The translations under genes and the position numbers were made by a program. A stretch of 22,733 bases of DNA from an uncultured Deinococcales bacterium (GTDB lineage: Bacteria > Deinococcota > Deinococci > Deinococcales > JAAFIG01). Positions 9,279 through 17,737 of the stretch are shown here, in pieces. The stretch spans positions 1-22,733 of the forward strand of contig CAXTTL010000056.1 of the NCBI GenBank assembly GCA_964247135.1, in the 5' to 3' direction. Below the pieces are notes generated by a model. The model saw only the letters and a list, made by a program, of their open reading frames with translations. It made no database searches and had not been told where the DNA came from. Position 1 is the first letter of the stretch; every line of letters begins with the position of its first letter.

Positions 9279-10088
9279 TTAAGGACGAGGCAAGCGCGGC
9301 AAGTTTGGCGTACCAACAAAGCAACCCACAAAATACGGAAAGCTGTCTGTCGCATAATACGCGTAACCGGCAGCCGTTTTCTTGCCGTTGCATTTGTCCA
9401 AATCGCCAGTGCCAGCCACAAACTCATGCACCTGCCAAGCGTTGCCCGCTCGAGCATCCTGCCCAGGTGTAACGCGCCAACTGCTGACCAATTTCTTGGT
9501 GGTTTTGCAAGTGCTGTCCGCGCAAACATAAGGACTCAAAATTGGGAAGCCATCGAGGGCGTAAGCCAGCACCGTCCCCACTTTTTTCGTGCCTTCAATG
9601 CAATCGGGACGCGCATGAAAGTGATAATCGCCGCGAGGGGCGGTATGACCGTTGCAATAATCCAAAATTCCGTTCAGATACGGGTCTTTGAAACCGTCTT
9701 GCGGGGCTTCGGTTGGACCAAAAATGTACAAACCGTTGACCGTCACCGCAATCGGACCACCCAATGGCGCAGCCGTGACGCTCGAGGCGAGCGCGGGTTT
9801 TAAAGCCAGCTCGAGGTGTAAGTTTTGGGCTTGTAAGGGGTTGGGTGTGGTTTGCACAAATTCAAAATTGGGAATGTTGTTGGAATCAATGATCACGGTG
9901 CTGCTCGAGCAAGTCACAGATAATTTGGGGTCGGGATACCCTTTTTGTTTGTTCTTGGCGTTTGCCGTGACTTTAACAAAACTCGAGCCGCAAGTTGCAG
10001 CGCTTTGTGCTGCGGGTAAAAGTTGATTGAAACCGATCAATCCTGACCCGATCAAAAGACTGGCGAAGAAAACTTGTTTCATCTGCAA
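9279..10088 (-). CDS. Secreted YHYH-domain protein
   Basis: Signal peptide, GPIAVTVNGL, LDYCNGH, DYHFHA, YALDGFPI, DLDKCNG, YAYYAT and FPYFVGC. Start is TTG 10088 or ATG 10082, with a GAGGAG RBS. Confidence 0.9.
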   Translation of the reverse strand: MQMKQVFFASLLIGSGLIGFNQLLPAAQSAATCGSSFVKVTANAKNKQKGYPDPKLSVTCSSSTVIIDSNNIPNFEFVQTTPNPLQAQNLHLELALKPALASSVTAAPLGGPIAVTVNGLYIFGPTEAPQDGFKDPYLNGILDYCNGHTAPRGDYHFHARPDCIEGTKKVGTVLAYALDGFPILSPYVCADSTCKTTKKLVSSWRVTPGQDARAGNAWQVHEFVAGTGDLDKCNGKKTAAGYAYYATDSFPYFVGCFVGTPNLPRLPRP

Positions 10089-10104
10089 TTGCTCCTCGAG
10101 CTTT

Positions 10105-10135
10105 AAAGTACCGAAAAGTTGTTAACGGGTTGTTG
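10105..10135 (-). promoter_or_regulatory. Direct-repeat regulator box plus -10 element
   Basis: Coding strand reads CAACAACC-cgt-TAACAACT-tttcgg-TACTTT; same layout as 14858-14888. Confidence 0.7.
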
Positions 10136-10157
10136 CGAGGCGTCATGTTCGAGACTT

Positions 10158-11090
10158 TCAGTAACACACTTTGTTTTTGCCAGACTTCTTGGCTTGATAC
10201 AGTTTTTCATCCGCACGAGTGACCAGGGTTTGCAAGTCTGTTGTTGATTCAAATTGACTGACGCCCATGCTGATGGTCACGTTCAAATCGCTGTGAACCT
10301 CGAGCCAGTTGTGATGCTCGATTTGTTCGCGCAGCAGGTCACAGACTTTCACGGCATCGAGCATATTCGTGTTGGGCATCAAGAGCACAAATTCTTCGCC
10401 GCCGTAACGTGCCACAAGGTCGGTGGCTCGAGTGTTGACCTGAAAAACTTTGGCAACCTCTCGCAAGACCGCATCGCCGATACCGTGACCGAAAGTGTCG
10501 TTGATGCGTTTGAAAAAGTCGATGTCGGCAATCATCAAGCTGATATGTTGCGGGTTGCGTTTGTTTTGCTCGAGCAAGAAACCCACTTGCTGGTTGAAAT
10601 GTCGGCGGTTGTGAAGTTTGGTCAGTTCGTCCCGAATCGAGAGTTCTTGAATGGTGCGGTTGGCTTCCTCGAGCGCCAGAACTTTGGCGCTCAGCTCGCG
10701 TTGCAGGCTGGACAACCTTAAATGCGTCCCGACCCGTGCCAGCACCTCGGCTTCTTCAAAGGGTTTGGAAATATAATCCAAGCCTCCTACCGCAAAGGCT
10801 TTGACTTTGGAGCCAATGTCGTCGTTTGCAGAAATAAACAAGACGGGTGTCCGCTGGTGCTGCGGCATGGTTTTGATGCGTTCGCAGAGTTCGTAACCGT
10901 CCATCACGGGCATCCGAATGTCCAAGAGCATCAAATCCGGTTGATGGTTCTCGAGCAGTCTCAACGCCTGAGCGCCGCTCGAGACGGGTAAAACTTTGTA
11001 CGCCGCCGCGTTTAAGACGTTGCCCAGAATCGTCAGGTTTGAGGGCAAATCATCGACGATCAAAATTTTTTTGGCAGAATCAAAACTCAT
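10158..11090 (-). CDS. REC-GGDEF diguanylate cyclase (PleD/WspR-like)
   Basis: Receiver (VDD, LLDIRMP, KPF), coiled coil, DELTKLHNRR, DIDFFKRINDTFGH, RATD I-site and GGEEF. Confidence 0.95.
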   Translation of the reverse strand: MSFDSAKKILIVDDLPSNLTILGNVLNAAAYKVLPVSSGAQALRLLENHQPDLMLLDIRMPVMDGYELCERIKTMPQHQRTPVLFISANDDIGSKVKAFAVGGLDYISKPFEEAEVLARVGTHLRLSSLQRELSAKVLALEEANRTIQELSIRDELTKLHNRRHFNQQVGFLLEQNKRNPQHISLMIADIDFFKRINDTFGHGIGDAVLREVAKVFQVNTRATDLVARYGGEEFVLLMPNTNMLDAVKVCDLLREQIEHHNWLEVHSDLNVTISMGVSQFESTTDLQTLVTRADEKLYQAKKSGKNKVCY

Positions 11091-13246
11091 GCCGCTGCCA
11101 AGCTCGAGATGGCATCATATTGGTACTGCCCGATCAATTGCCGCAAACCCGCCGCGATGCTTGGATGCTGGGCGTCAATCACCTCGAGCAATCTTTGCAA
11201 CCTAAAATAATCGGCGTCTTGGCTGGCATCGAACAATTCTTGACGCAAGTTTTGGGAGAGTGGCTCGAGGTTGAGGTCTTGATGTGGCGAGGTTTTGCTG
11301 GGTTCTTGATATTGGTATTTGATGCCGAGGTGTTCCGCCATGCGTTCAAACAGCACGTGTTCTTGAAAGGGTTTGCGCAGGAAGTCGTCAAAACCCTGCG
11401 AGCGCACGTTGGCTTCGTCCTCCTGAAAGACGCTGGCGGTCAGCGCAACAATCACAGTCTTGCGGTTTTCCTCGAGTTCTCGAATGCGTTTGGTGGCGGC
11501 GAAACCATCCATCACGGGCATTCGCAAATCCATCCAAATCAGTTCGGGTTGGTGCTGTTGCCATGCCTCAACCGCGAGTTCTCCGTTGCTGGCTTCAAAG
11601 ACCGTAAAACCGGTGATGGTCAACAAGCGTCCCAGCAATTGACGGTTCTCGAGGCGGTCATCGACCACCAAAATTCGCGGTGAACGTTCCAACACGCCGA
11701 TCACTTGACGCTCGAGAATCAGACTTGGTTTGGCGCTGGCGGCATTGGCGTTGACCGTAAAGAAAAACGACGTGCCAACCCCGACCTGGCTTTGCACGCG
11801 AATGCTGCCGCCCATCAGTTCAATCAAGGATTTCGAGAGCGCCAAGCCCAAACCCGTGCCGGCTTTGCTGTCGATGCCGCTTTGGGTTTGCTCGAAGGTG
11901 GCAAACAGTTTCGGCAGTTCTTCACCCGAGATTCCAATGCCAGTATCGGCAATTTCAAATTTGAGTCGATTCGGCTCATCAAAATCGACTTGCAACGAAA
12001 TGCCGCCCGAATGGGTGAACTTCACCGCGTTGGAAATCAGGTTGATGATGACCTGGCGCAACTTGCTTTCATCCGTCTCGAGGTGCGTTGGTACGTTTGG
12101 ATGCAACTCGAGTTCGACCCGAATGCCTTTCTTGGCGACTTCAAGCTCGAACATCAAAATGATGTTGTGCAGCAGCGCCCGAATGTCGCAAACCTGCCGG
12201 CTCAGTTCGGTTTTGCCCGCCTCAATTTTTGCCATGCTCAGAACGTTGTTGATCAGTTGCAGCAAATGCTCGCCGCTCGAGGACACGACTTGCAGATTTT
12301 CTTTGTCGCTGGCGTTCAAGTATTGATTGCGCTGCATCAACCTCGAAAAACCGATAATCGCATTTAACGGCGTGCGCAGTTCGTGGCTCATGTTGCTTAA
12401 AAACACGCTTTTGGCGCGGCTGGCAGATTCGGCAGAATCTTTGGCGTGCTCGAGTTCGCTGTAAGCGGAAGATAGTTTTTCGCTCATCAGGTTAAAATTC
12501 TTGCCCAGATTGGCAATTTCATCGCTTCCCCGCACCAACACCCGTTCGCCGAGTTTGCCCGCGCCAAACGTGGACAAGGCGCTCGAGAGTCTGCGGATGG
12601 GCTGCGTGATCCAACCGCCCCAGAAAAACCCGAACAACCAGGTGATCGGCAGCGTGATGGTCAATGCCAAACGAAACGCGGCGTTCAGTCCTTCAAGGTA
12701 TGCCAAGTCTTGACGGCTCAGTTCGGGAACGCCGTCGGGCAGTGCATAACCGATGATTTTATCCCCAACCTTCAAGGCGTTGTCTTTAGGGAAACCCTCG
12801 AGCCTCTGCCCTTGCTGAAAATCAGGCAAAATCACCGTGCCATTTTGACTGACCACCCGAAATCGAATCAGCCGCACCCCATCTCGAGGTTGAGGGGCTT
12901 GCGGGCGTGGTGGCGGATTTCCAACTTGGCTTGATGCCATCTGATCTTGTGGCGGAGGAGGGTTTAAGCCGTCCATGCCACCTGGTGGCGGATTTGGATT
13001 GTTGCCTCGAGTGCCGCCCGTGCGGCTGGAAAACATCGGGAACGTCTCTGAGCGCTTGGCGTTTTCAAACGAACCATAGCTGTTGTAGTAATTCAGAACA
13101 TCTTTTTGATAGTTGACAAATGCCTGTGCCACGATGGTTTGGGTAAATTGGCTTTCGATCAGGTTTTTGGCAATGGCACTGATGATGATGGCGGTCAGCA
13201 AGCTGGCAACCAACAACGCCAAAGTGATTTTAGAACGCAAGGACAT
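11087..13246 (-). CDS. Hybrid sensor histidine kinase with C-terminal receiver
   Basis: Likely start ATG 13246 (GAGG RBS). Two TMs, HAMP, SHELRTPLN, NLISNAVKFT, GTGLGL and receiver WMDLRMP. Confidence 0.95.
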   Translation of the reverse strand: MSLRSKITLALLVASLLTAIIISAIAKNLIESQFTQTIVAQAFVNYQKDVLNYYNSYGSFENAKRSETFPMFSSRTGGTRGNNPNPPPGGMDGLNPPPPQDQMASSQVGNPPPRPQAPQPRDGVRLIRFRVVSQNGTVILPDFQQGQRLEGFPKDNALKVGDKIIGYALPDGVPELSRQDLAYLEGLNAAFRLALTITLPITWLFGFFWGGWITQPIRRLSSALSTFGAGKLGERVLVRGSDEIANLGKNFNLMSEKLSSAYSELEHAKDSAESASRAKSVFLSNMSHELRTPLNAIIGFSRLMQRNQYLNASDKENLQVVSSSGEHLLQLINNVLSMAKIEAGKTELSRQVCDIRALLHNIILMFELEVAKKGIRVELELHPNVPTHLETDESKLRQVIINLISNAVKFTHSGGISLQVDFDEPNRLKFEIADTGIGISGEELPKLFATFEQTQSGIDSKAGTGLGLALSKSLIELMGGSIRVQSQVGVGTSFFFTVNANAASAKPSLILERQVIGVLERSPRILVVDDRLENRQLLGRLLTITGFTVFEASNGELAVEAWQQHQPELIWMDLRMPVMDGFAATKRIRELEENRKTVIVALTASVFQEDEANVRSQGFDDFLRKPFQEHVLFERMAEHLGIKYQYQEPSKTSPHQDLNLEPLSQNLRQELFDASQDADYFRLQRLLEVIDAQHPSIAAGLRQLIGQYQYDAISSLAAA

Positions 13247-13254
13247 GCTTGACC

Positions 13255-14850
13255 TCAAGGTTTTGGGATGATTGGCGTGCCTTTGTAACAACCAATAAAG
13301 TACGGAAACGCATCGGTCGCCACGTAAACATACGTGCCGTCGCCTCGAGTATAGCCATTGCATTGATCCAAATCGCCCAAACCCGACACGAACTCGTGGG
13401 CGTCCCAAGCATTGCTGGTTTTGGGGTCTTTGCCCGCCACAACCCGCCACGAACTGGTCAATTTTTTGGTCGTCGTGCAGGCGGCATCGCTGCAAACGTA
13501 AGGCGAGATCATGGCATACCCGTCAAACGCATAACCCAAAACTTGCCCAACTTTGGTGATGTCGGCAATGCACTCGGGATGGGCTGAACTTGGCGAGGCG
13601 TGAAAGTGGTAATCGCCTTTCTGGGCTGGATGTCCGTTGCAATAATCCAAAATGCCGTTGATATACGGGTCTTTGTAACCATCGTTCGGATTTTCGGTCG
13701 GTCCAAACAAAGGCAAACCATTGATCGTGATTCCGATTGGACCCCCAAGCGGAACAGCCGTGGTGCTGGCGGCAAAGCTTGGATTGCGCGGAATGTTAAA
13801 CGAATAGTTTTGGGCTGCCAAGTTGCTCGGGTTGGACATCACAAATTCAAACGTCGGAATGCCGTTGGATGCCACCACAAAACTTGAGTTGCTGCAAGTG
13901 GCGCTCAGGCTTGGGTCTGGATAACCTTTGGCTTTGTTCTTGGCGTTGGCGGTAACTTTGACAAAGTTATCGCAAGGGTTTGCCGTCACCACGGCGTTGA
14001 CGGTCACGTTAAAACTGGTGCTGACCGACAGATTCCCGATGTCTTTGCCCGTGGCGGTCACGCCAGCAGTTCCAGCCGAGCCAAAACTTAAACTCAACAC
14101 GCCACTGCTCACACTTGTACTGACGACGCTCGAGTTGGAACTGCTAGCAGAATACGTGAGGTTCGTGCCATCTTCGGCGTCGTTGAATTTGGTTTTCAGG
14201 TCAATGGTTTGGCTGGCTGCACCCTGCGAAACAGTTACATCCGCGATACTCGAGACGGTGGGCGTTTGATTGGTATTGGCTGGTGTGACCGTAACCGTCA
14301 CGGTTTTGTTGACAGTGCCACCCGAATTTTGAGCGGTCAACGTGTAGGTTGTCGTGCTGGCTGGCGTCACGACTTTGTTCGTGCCAGTGACGACGCCAAT
14401 GCCCTGATCCAAACTCAGCGTGACCCCAGAACCCGTGACCGTCCAAGCCAAATTGCTCGAGCTTCCAGCGTTAATGCTGCTGGGTGTCGCCGTGAAACTC
14501 GAGATGACTGGTGCGCTTGGTGTGGCTGGTGTGACCGTGACTGTCACGGGTTGCGTGACTGTTCCAGCCGAATTTTGCGCGCTCAGAATATAGGTTGTGG
14601 TGACGGTTGGTGAAACGGTTTTACTCGAGCCTGTGACCACACCAATGCCCTGATCGACGCTGAGCGTCACACCGTCACCCGTCACCGTCCAACTCAGGGT
14701 ACTCGAGCCTCCAGCGCTGATGCTGTTTGGTGTGGCGGTAAAACTGCTGATGACAGGAATTTTGGTCGAGGGTGTGGTCGGACAGGCTGTGAGACACAGC
14801 AGAAATCCCAGAATTAGCCCTTGCCGAAAGGGAAAAAGAAAATCGTTCAC
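13255..14850 (-). CDS. Lipoprotein with Ig-like repeats and a C-terminal YHYH domain
   Basis: Lipobox LTAC (Cys23), two PVISSFTATP Ig-like repeats, a cadherin-like domain (FNDAEDGTNLTYS) and a YHYH domain (LDYCNGH, DYHFHA, DLDQCNG, FPYFIGC). Confidence 0.9.
   Translation of the reverse strand: MNDFLFPFRQGLILGFLLCLTACPTTPSTKIPVISSFTATPNSISAGGSSTLSWTVTGDGVTLSVDQGIGVVTGSSKTVSPTVTTTYILSAQNSAGTVTQPVTVTVTPATPSAPVISSFTATPSSINAGSSSNLAWTVTGSGVTLSLDQGIGVVTGTNKVVTPASTTTYTLTAQNSGGTVNKTVTVTVTPANTNQTPTVSSIADVTVSQGAASQTIDLKTKFNDAEDGTNLTYSASSSNSSVVSTSVSSGVLSLSFGSAGTAGVTATGKDIGNLSVSTSFNVTVNAVVTANPCDNFVKVTANAKNKAKGYPDPSLSATCSNSSFVVASNGIPTFEFVMSNPSNLAAQNYSFNIPRNPSFAASTTAVPLGGPIGITINGLPLFGPTENPNDGYKDPYINGILDYCNGHPAQKGDYHFHASPSSAHPECIADITKVGQVLGYAFDGYAMISPYVCSDAACTTTKKLTSSWRVVAGKDPKTSNAWDAHEFVSGLGDLDQCNGYTRGDGTYVYVATDAFPYFIGCYKGTPIIPKP
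14284..14757 (-). repeat. Two tandem Ig-like coding repeats (246-bp offset)
   Basis: PVISSFTATP...WTVTG.GVTLS.DQGIGVVTG...AQNS.GTV..VTVTV starts at 14757 and at 14511. Confidence 0.9.
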
Positions 14851-14857
14851 GCTGGAA

Positions 14858-14888
14858 AGGATATGAAAAAGTTGTTATCAAGTTGTTA
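14858..14888 (-). promoter_or_regulatory. Direct-repeat regulator box plus -10 element of a probably leaderless gene
   Basis: Coding strand reads TAACAACT-tga-TAACAACT-ttttca-TATCCT-7 nt-GTG. Confidence 0.7.
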
Positions 14889-14953
14889 ATGGATACAGTC
14901 GTTTGTAAAGTCATGCGCCAAACAAAGCGCGGCAAATCTCGAGCCAAACCCGA

Positions 14954-15277
14954 TTACTCATTCACCTCGAGCCGTTTGCCCTCCCAAACATCAATAAAAC
15001 TCGAGCCTGCCATCACTACGGCGCTGTGCGGCACACCCGCTGGAATGTTGTAATGCTCGCCAGTTTTCAGGACGTGCAGCACGCCGCCTATCGTCAGCTC
15101 CACCGTGCCTTCGATCACCACGCCCCACTGACCGGCGTGGCTGTGCTCAGGGACAAGAATGTCTTGTGTGGCATGAAAAAAACCGACTTGTCCCGACTTG
15201 CCCGTCAAAACGTTGGCGTTTAAACCGTCCCAGACTTCGACTTTGGTGAATTGACCGATCCAATCTGCGAATGCCAT
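14954..15277 (-). CDS. Cupin domain protein
   Basis: PEHSH..QWGVVIEG and IPAGVPHSA cupin motifs; AAAGGAG RBS. Confidence 0.9.
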   Translation of the reverse strand: MAFADWIGQFTKVEVWDGLNANVLTGKSGQVGFFHATQDILVPEHSHAGQWGVVIEGTVELTIGGVLHVLKTGEHYNIPAGVPHSAVVMAGSSFIDVWEGKRLEVNE

Positions 15278-15555
15278 GTTGACTCCTTTTGATGCTCGAG
15301 CATCTCGAATTTTAAGGGTTGAAGTTTAAACTGTGGTGTTCGTTAAAATGATGCCGACATGATTAAAGGTCAAGATTTCACATTCTACGGCTCGTGTCTG
15401 GCTCGAGCTTAAGCTTTTAAAATGTGAAGTATTATGCTTAAGGTTCTCATACGCTCATTTGAATGAGTGGCTTCTATGAGCCACATCAGGATTTTTTCAC
15501 GTTGATCGAAAGCTGCGAACGTAGCCTCCAGGAGCAGGTAAATTCGGAGGTTCTT

Positions 15556-17643
15556 ATGCAAAAACACGTTGTCAAGGCGCTCATCGTTACCGCTCTGGGA
15601 CTCGGCGTCCCCGCGATGGGGTTCACCATCGCCAAAATTGCTCAATCCCGTTTTCAGGACGTACCTGCCGGACATTGGGCGCAGGAAGCCGTGGATTACG
15701 TCACGGCAAAAGGTTTGATCACCGGTTTCCCCGACGGCACGTTCAAAGGGCAGCAAACCTTATCGCGTTATCAAGCCGCACTGATCTTTTACCGGTTGTT
15801 GCAATCTGGCGCCATGAACACCGTTGATGCCAACGGGCAAGCGGTCATCAACAAAGGCATTGACGATGTCAAAGTCGAACTGGACGGTTTAAAAACCCAA
15901 CTTGGGGCGCTGGAGACCACCAACACCAACCAAGATGGACGCCTCGGCACGCTCGAGGAACAACTCAAAGCCCTCTCAGCCCAACCAGCCGCCACCGCTG
16001 GCACAGACTTGGAGCCACGGGTCAAGTCGCTCGAGGATTTGCTGGCAACCCTCAACACCAAACTCGAGTCGCAACAGGCGGCTGGAAGTGTCGATCCTGC
16101 GCTTCAAGCCAAAGTGACCGACCTCGAGACCCAACTGGCAACCTTGCGCACCGACCTGACGGCGGCTGCACCAGACGCCCAACAATCGGCTCGCATTGCC
16201 GCACTTGAAGCCGACATCGCCACCTTAAAAACCCAGGCTGGCACCGCGCCAACCACCGACCAAGCGACAAAACTCGCCGAACTCGAAACCAGCCTCTCCG
16301 AATTGCAAGACCAAGTTTCTGGACTTGACAACACCGAACTCGCAGACCGTGTGAGTGCGCTCGAGGATCAAGCCAAAGCCGTGGCTGCCCCAGTGGCAGT
16401 CGCCGATCTAACCCCTCAAGTCACCGCGCTCGAGGCTCGAATCGCCAAACTCGAGGCGCAACCCGCCCCAACCGGCACAGACCAAAGCGCCCAAGTCACG
16501 CAATTGCAAAGCGACTTGAAAGCCTTACAAGACCAAGTTCAAGGCATTTCCAGCGCCAACCCAGCCAGCGCCGCCGCAGCCGATCAGGGCGCTCGCCTTG
16601 GGACACTCGAGACGCAACTCAAAGACCTGAGTGCGCGGGTCGATGCGATCAAACCTGCCGGTACAGACCCAGCGCTTCTTGACCAGATCAAAGCCCAAGA
16701 AACCAAACTTGCCGATTTGCAAGCCAAAGTCGATGCGCTCAAACCAGGCACGGTTGATCCAGCCCTGTCTGACCAGATCAAAGCCCAGGACGCCAAACTT
16801 GCCGATCTGCAAGCCAAAGTTGACGGTCTTAAACCAGGGGCGACAGACCCAGCGCTTCTTGACCAGATCAAAGCCCAAGACGCCAAACTTGCCGATTTGC
16901 AAGCCAAGGTTGACGGCATCAAACCAGGCGCAACCGACCCTGCGGTGCTCGATCAACTCAAAACCCAAGACACAACGATTAAAGCACAAGAAGAACGCAT
17001 TGCCGCCCTCGAGGGTCAAGTCAAGGACCTTGCCGCCAGCGTGACCGAACTTTCAGACAAAATTGCGGCACAACCAACCACCCCAACGACAACAACTCCG
17101 ACCACACCAGTCGAGACCACGCCGACCACACCCACCACACCCACCACACCAGTTGACACCACACCAGTGGTCACGACCCCAACCACCGATGTTACTCCCG
17201 TGCCTGTTGTCACCCCACCCAACTTTTATGTCGGCATCGGTGGACGTTACGGGATTCTTCCATCTGGTGCGGCAAACGACAACATTGCCATCAGCGTCAT
17301 GATCGGCTTCAAGCGTTTTATTGGACCGATTGGCTTTCGCATCTCGGGCGATTACCTGGCATTTGCCACCGCCCCAAACTCGACCAACCCAAGCCTGCAA
17401 GCCAAGTACTTCAGCGTCAACCCAGCACTGGTGCTTGACCTTGGAACGTTCTACGTCGGCGCCGGCGTGGGTGGCGATTTCGGATTGCAAAACAGCTTGT
17501 TCATCAACGGCATCGTCGGTCTGAACATCGCTTTCAGCAACAACTTTGGTTTGTTTGTCGAAGCTGACCCGCGTTATTACCTCAATCAAACCACGGACAA
17601 ACTGCGTTTTGGCATTCGCGCCGGTCTTAAATTCGGGTTCTAA
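15556..17643 (+). CDS. S-layer homology (SLH) protein with long coiled coil and C-terminal beta-barrel (SlpA/OmpM-like)
   Basis: GGAGG RBS before ATG 15556, signal peptide, SLH FQDVPAGHWAQEAV..GLITGFPDGTFKG..SRYQ, heptad repeats, PT linker and amphipathic strands ending in Phe. Confidence 0.88.
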   Translation: MQKHVVKALIVTALGLGVPAMGFTIAKIAQSRFQDVPAGHWAQEAVDYVTAKGLITGFPDGTFKGQQTLSRYQAALIFYRLLQSGAMNTVDANGQAVINKGIDDVKVELDGLKTQLGALETTNTNQDGRLGTLEEQLKALSAQPAATAGTDLEPRVKSLEDLLATLNTKLESQQAAGSVDPALQAKVTDLETQLATLRTDLTAAAPDAQQSARIAALEADIATLKTQAGTAPTTDQATKLAELETSLSELQDQVSGLDNTELADRVSALEDQAKAVAAPVAVADLTPQVTALEARIAKLEAQPAPTGTDQSAQVTQLQSDLKALQDQVQGISSANPASAAAADQGARLGTLETQLKDLSARVDAIKPAGTDPALLDQIKAQETKLADLQAKVDALKPGTVDPALSDQIKAQDAKLADLQAKVDGLKPGATDPALLDQIKAQDAKLADLQAKVDGIKPGATDPAVLDQLKTQDTTIKAQEERIAALEGQVKDLAASVTELSDKIAAQPTTPTTTTPTTPVETTPTTPTTPTTPVDTTPVVTTPTTDVTPVPVVTPPNFYVGIGGRYGILPSGAANDNIAISVMIGFKRFIGPIGFRISGDYLAFATAPNSTNPSLQAKYFSVNPALVLDLGTFYVGAGVGGDFGLQNSLFINGIVGLNIAFSNNFGLFVEADPRYYLNQTTDKLRFGIRAGLKFGF
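16651..16971 (+). repeat. 90-bp (30-aa) tandem coding repeat, about 3.5 copies
   Basis: Units start at 16651, 16741, 16831 and 16921: KP(A/G)..DPAL.DQIKAQ..KLADLQAKVD. Confidence 0.95.
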
Positions 17644-17656
17644 ACCAATACTTTTT

Positions 17657-17690
17657 CAAAAGACGTGCCATTACGGCGCGTCTTTTTTGT
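17657..17690 (+). terminator. Rho-independent terminator
   Basis: AAAAGACGTGCC-atta-CGGCGCGTCTTTTTT hairpin with T tract after the S-layer gene. Confidence 0.85.
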
Positions 17691-17737
17691 TACTCGAGGT
17701 ACATCAAAACCTGAAGCCACGGGGTTAAGCTGCGACC

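Noticed and set aside
13247-13495. 83-aa N-terminal extension of the hybrid kinase in the ORF track
   Set aside because: It overlaps the YHYH lipoprotein in another frame; ATG 13246 has an RBS and directly precedes the first TM.
13350-14125. CTCGAG-free stretch as a second foreign segment
   Set aside because: It lies inside one gene with host-like composition; gaps of similar size occur elsewhere (17015-17690) and may reflect protein constraint or chance.
16651-16971. Regularly spaced repeats as a possible CRISPR array
   Set aside because: They are contiguous in-frame 90-bp coding repeats without unique spacers, and there are no cas genes in the window.
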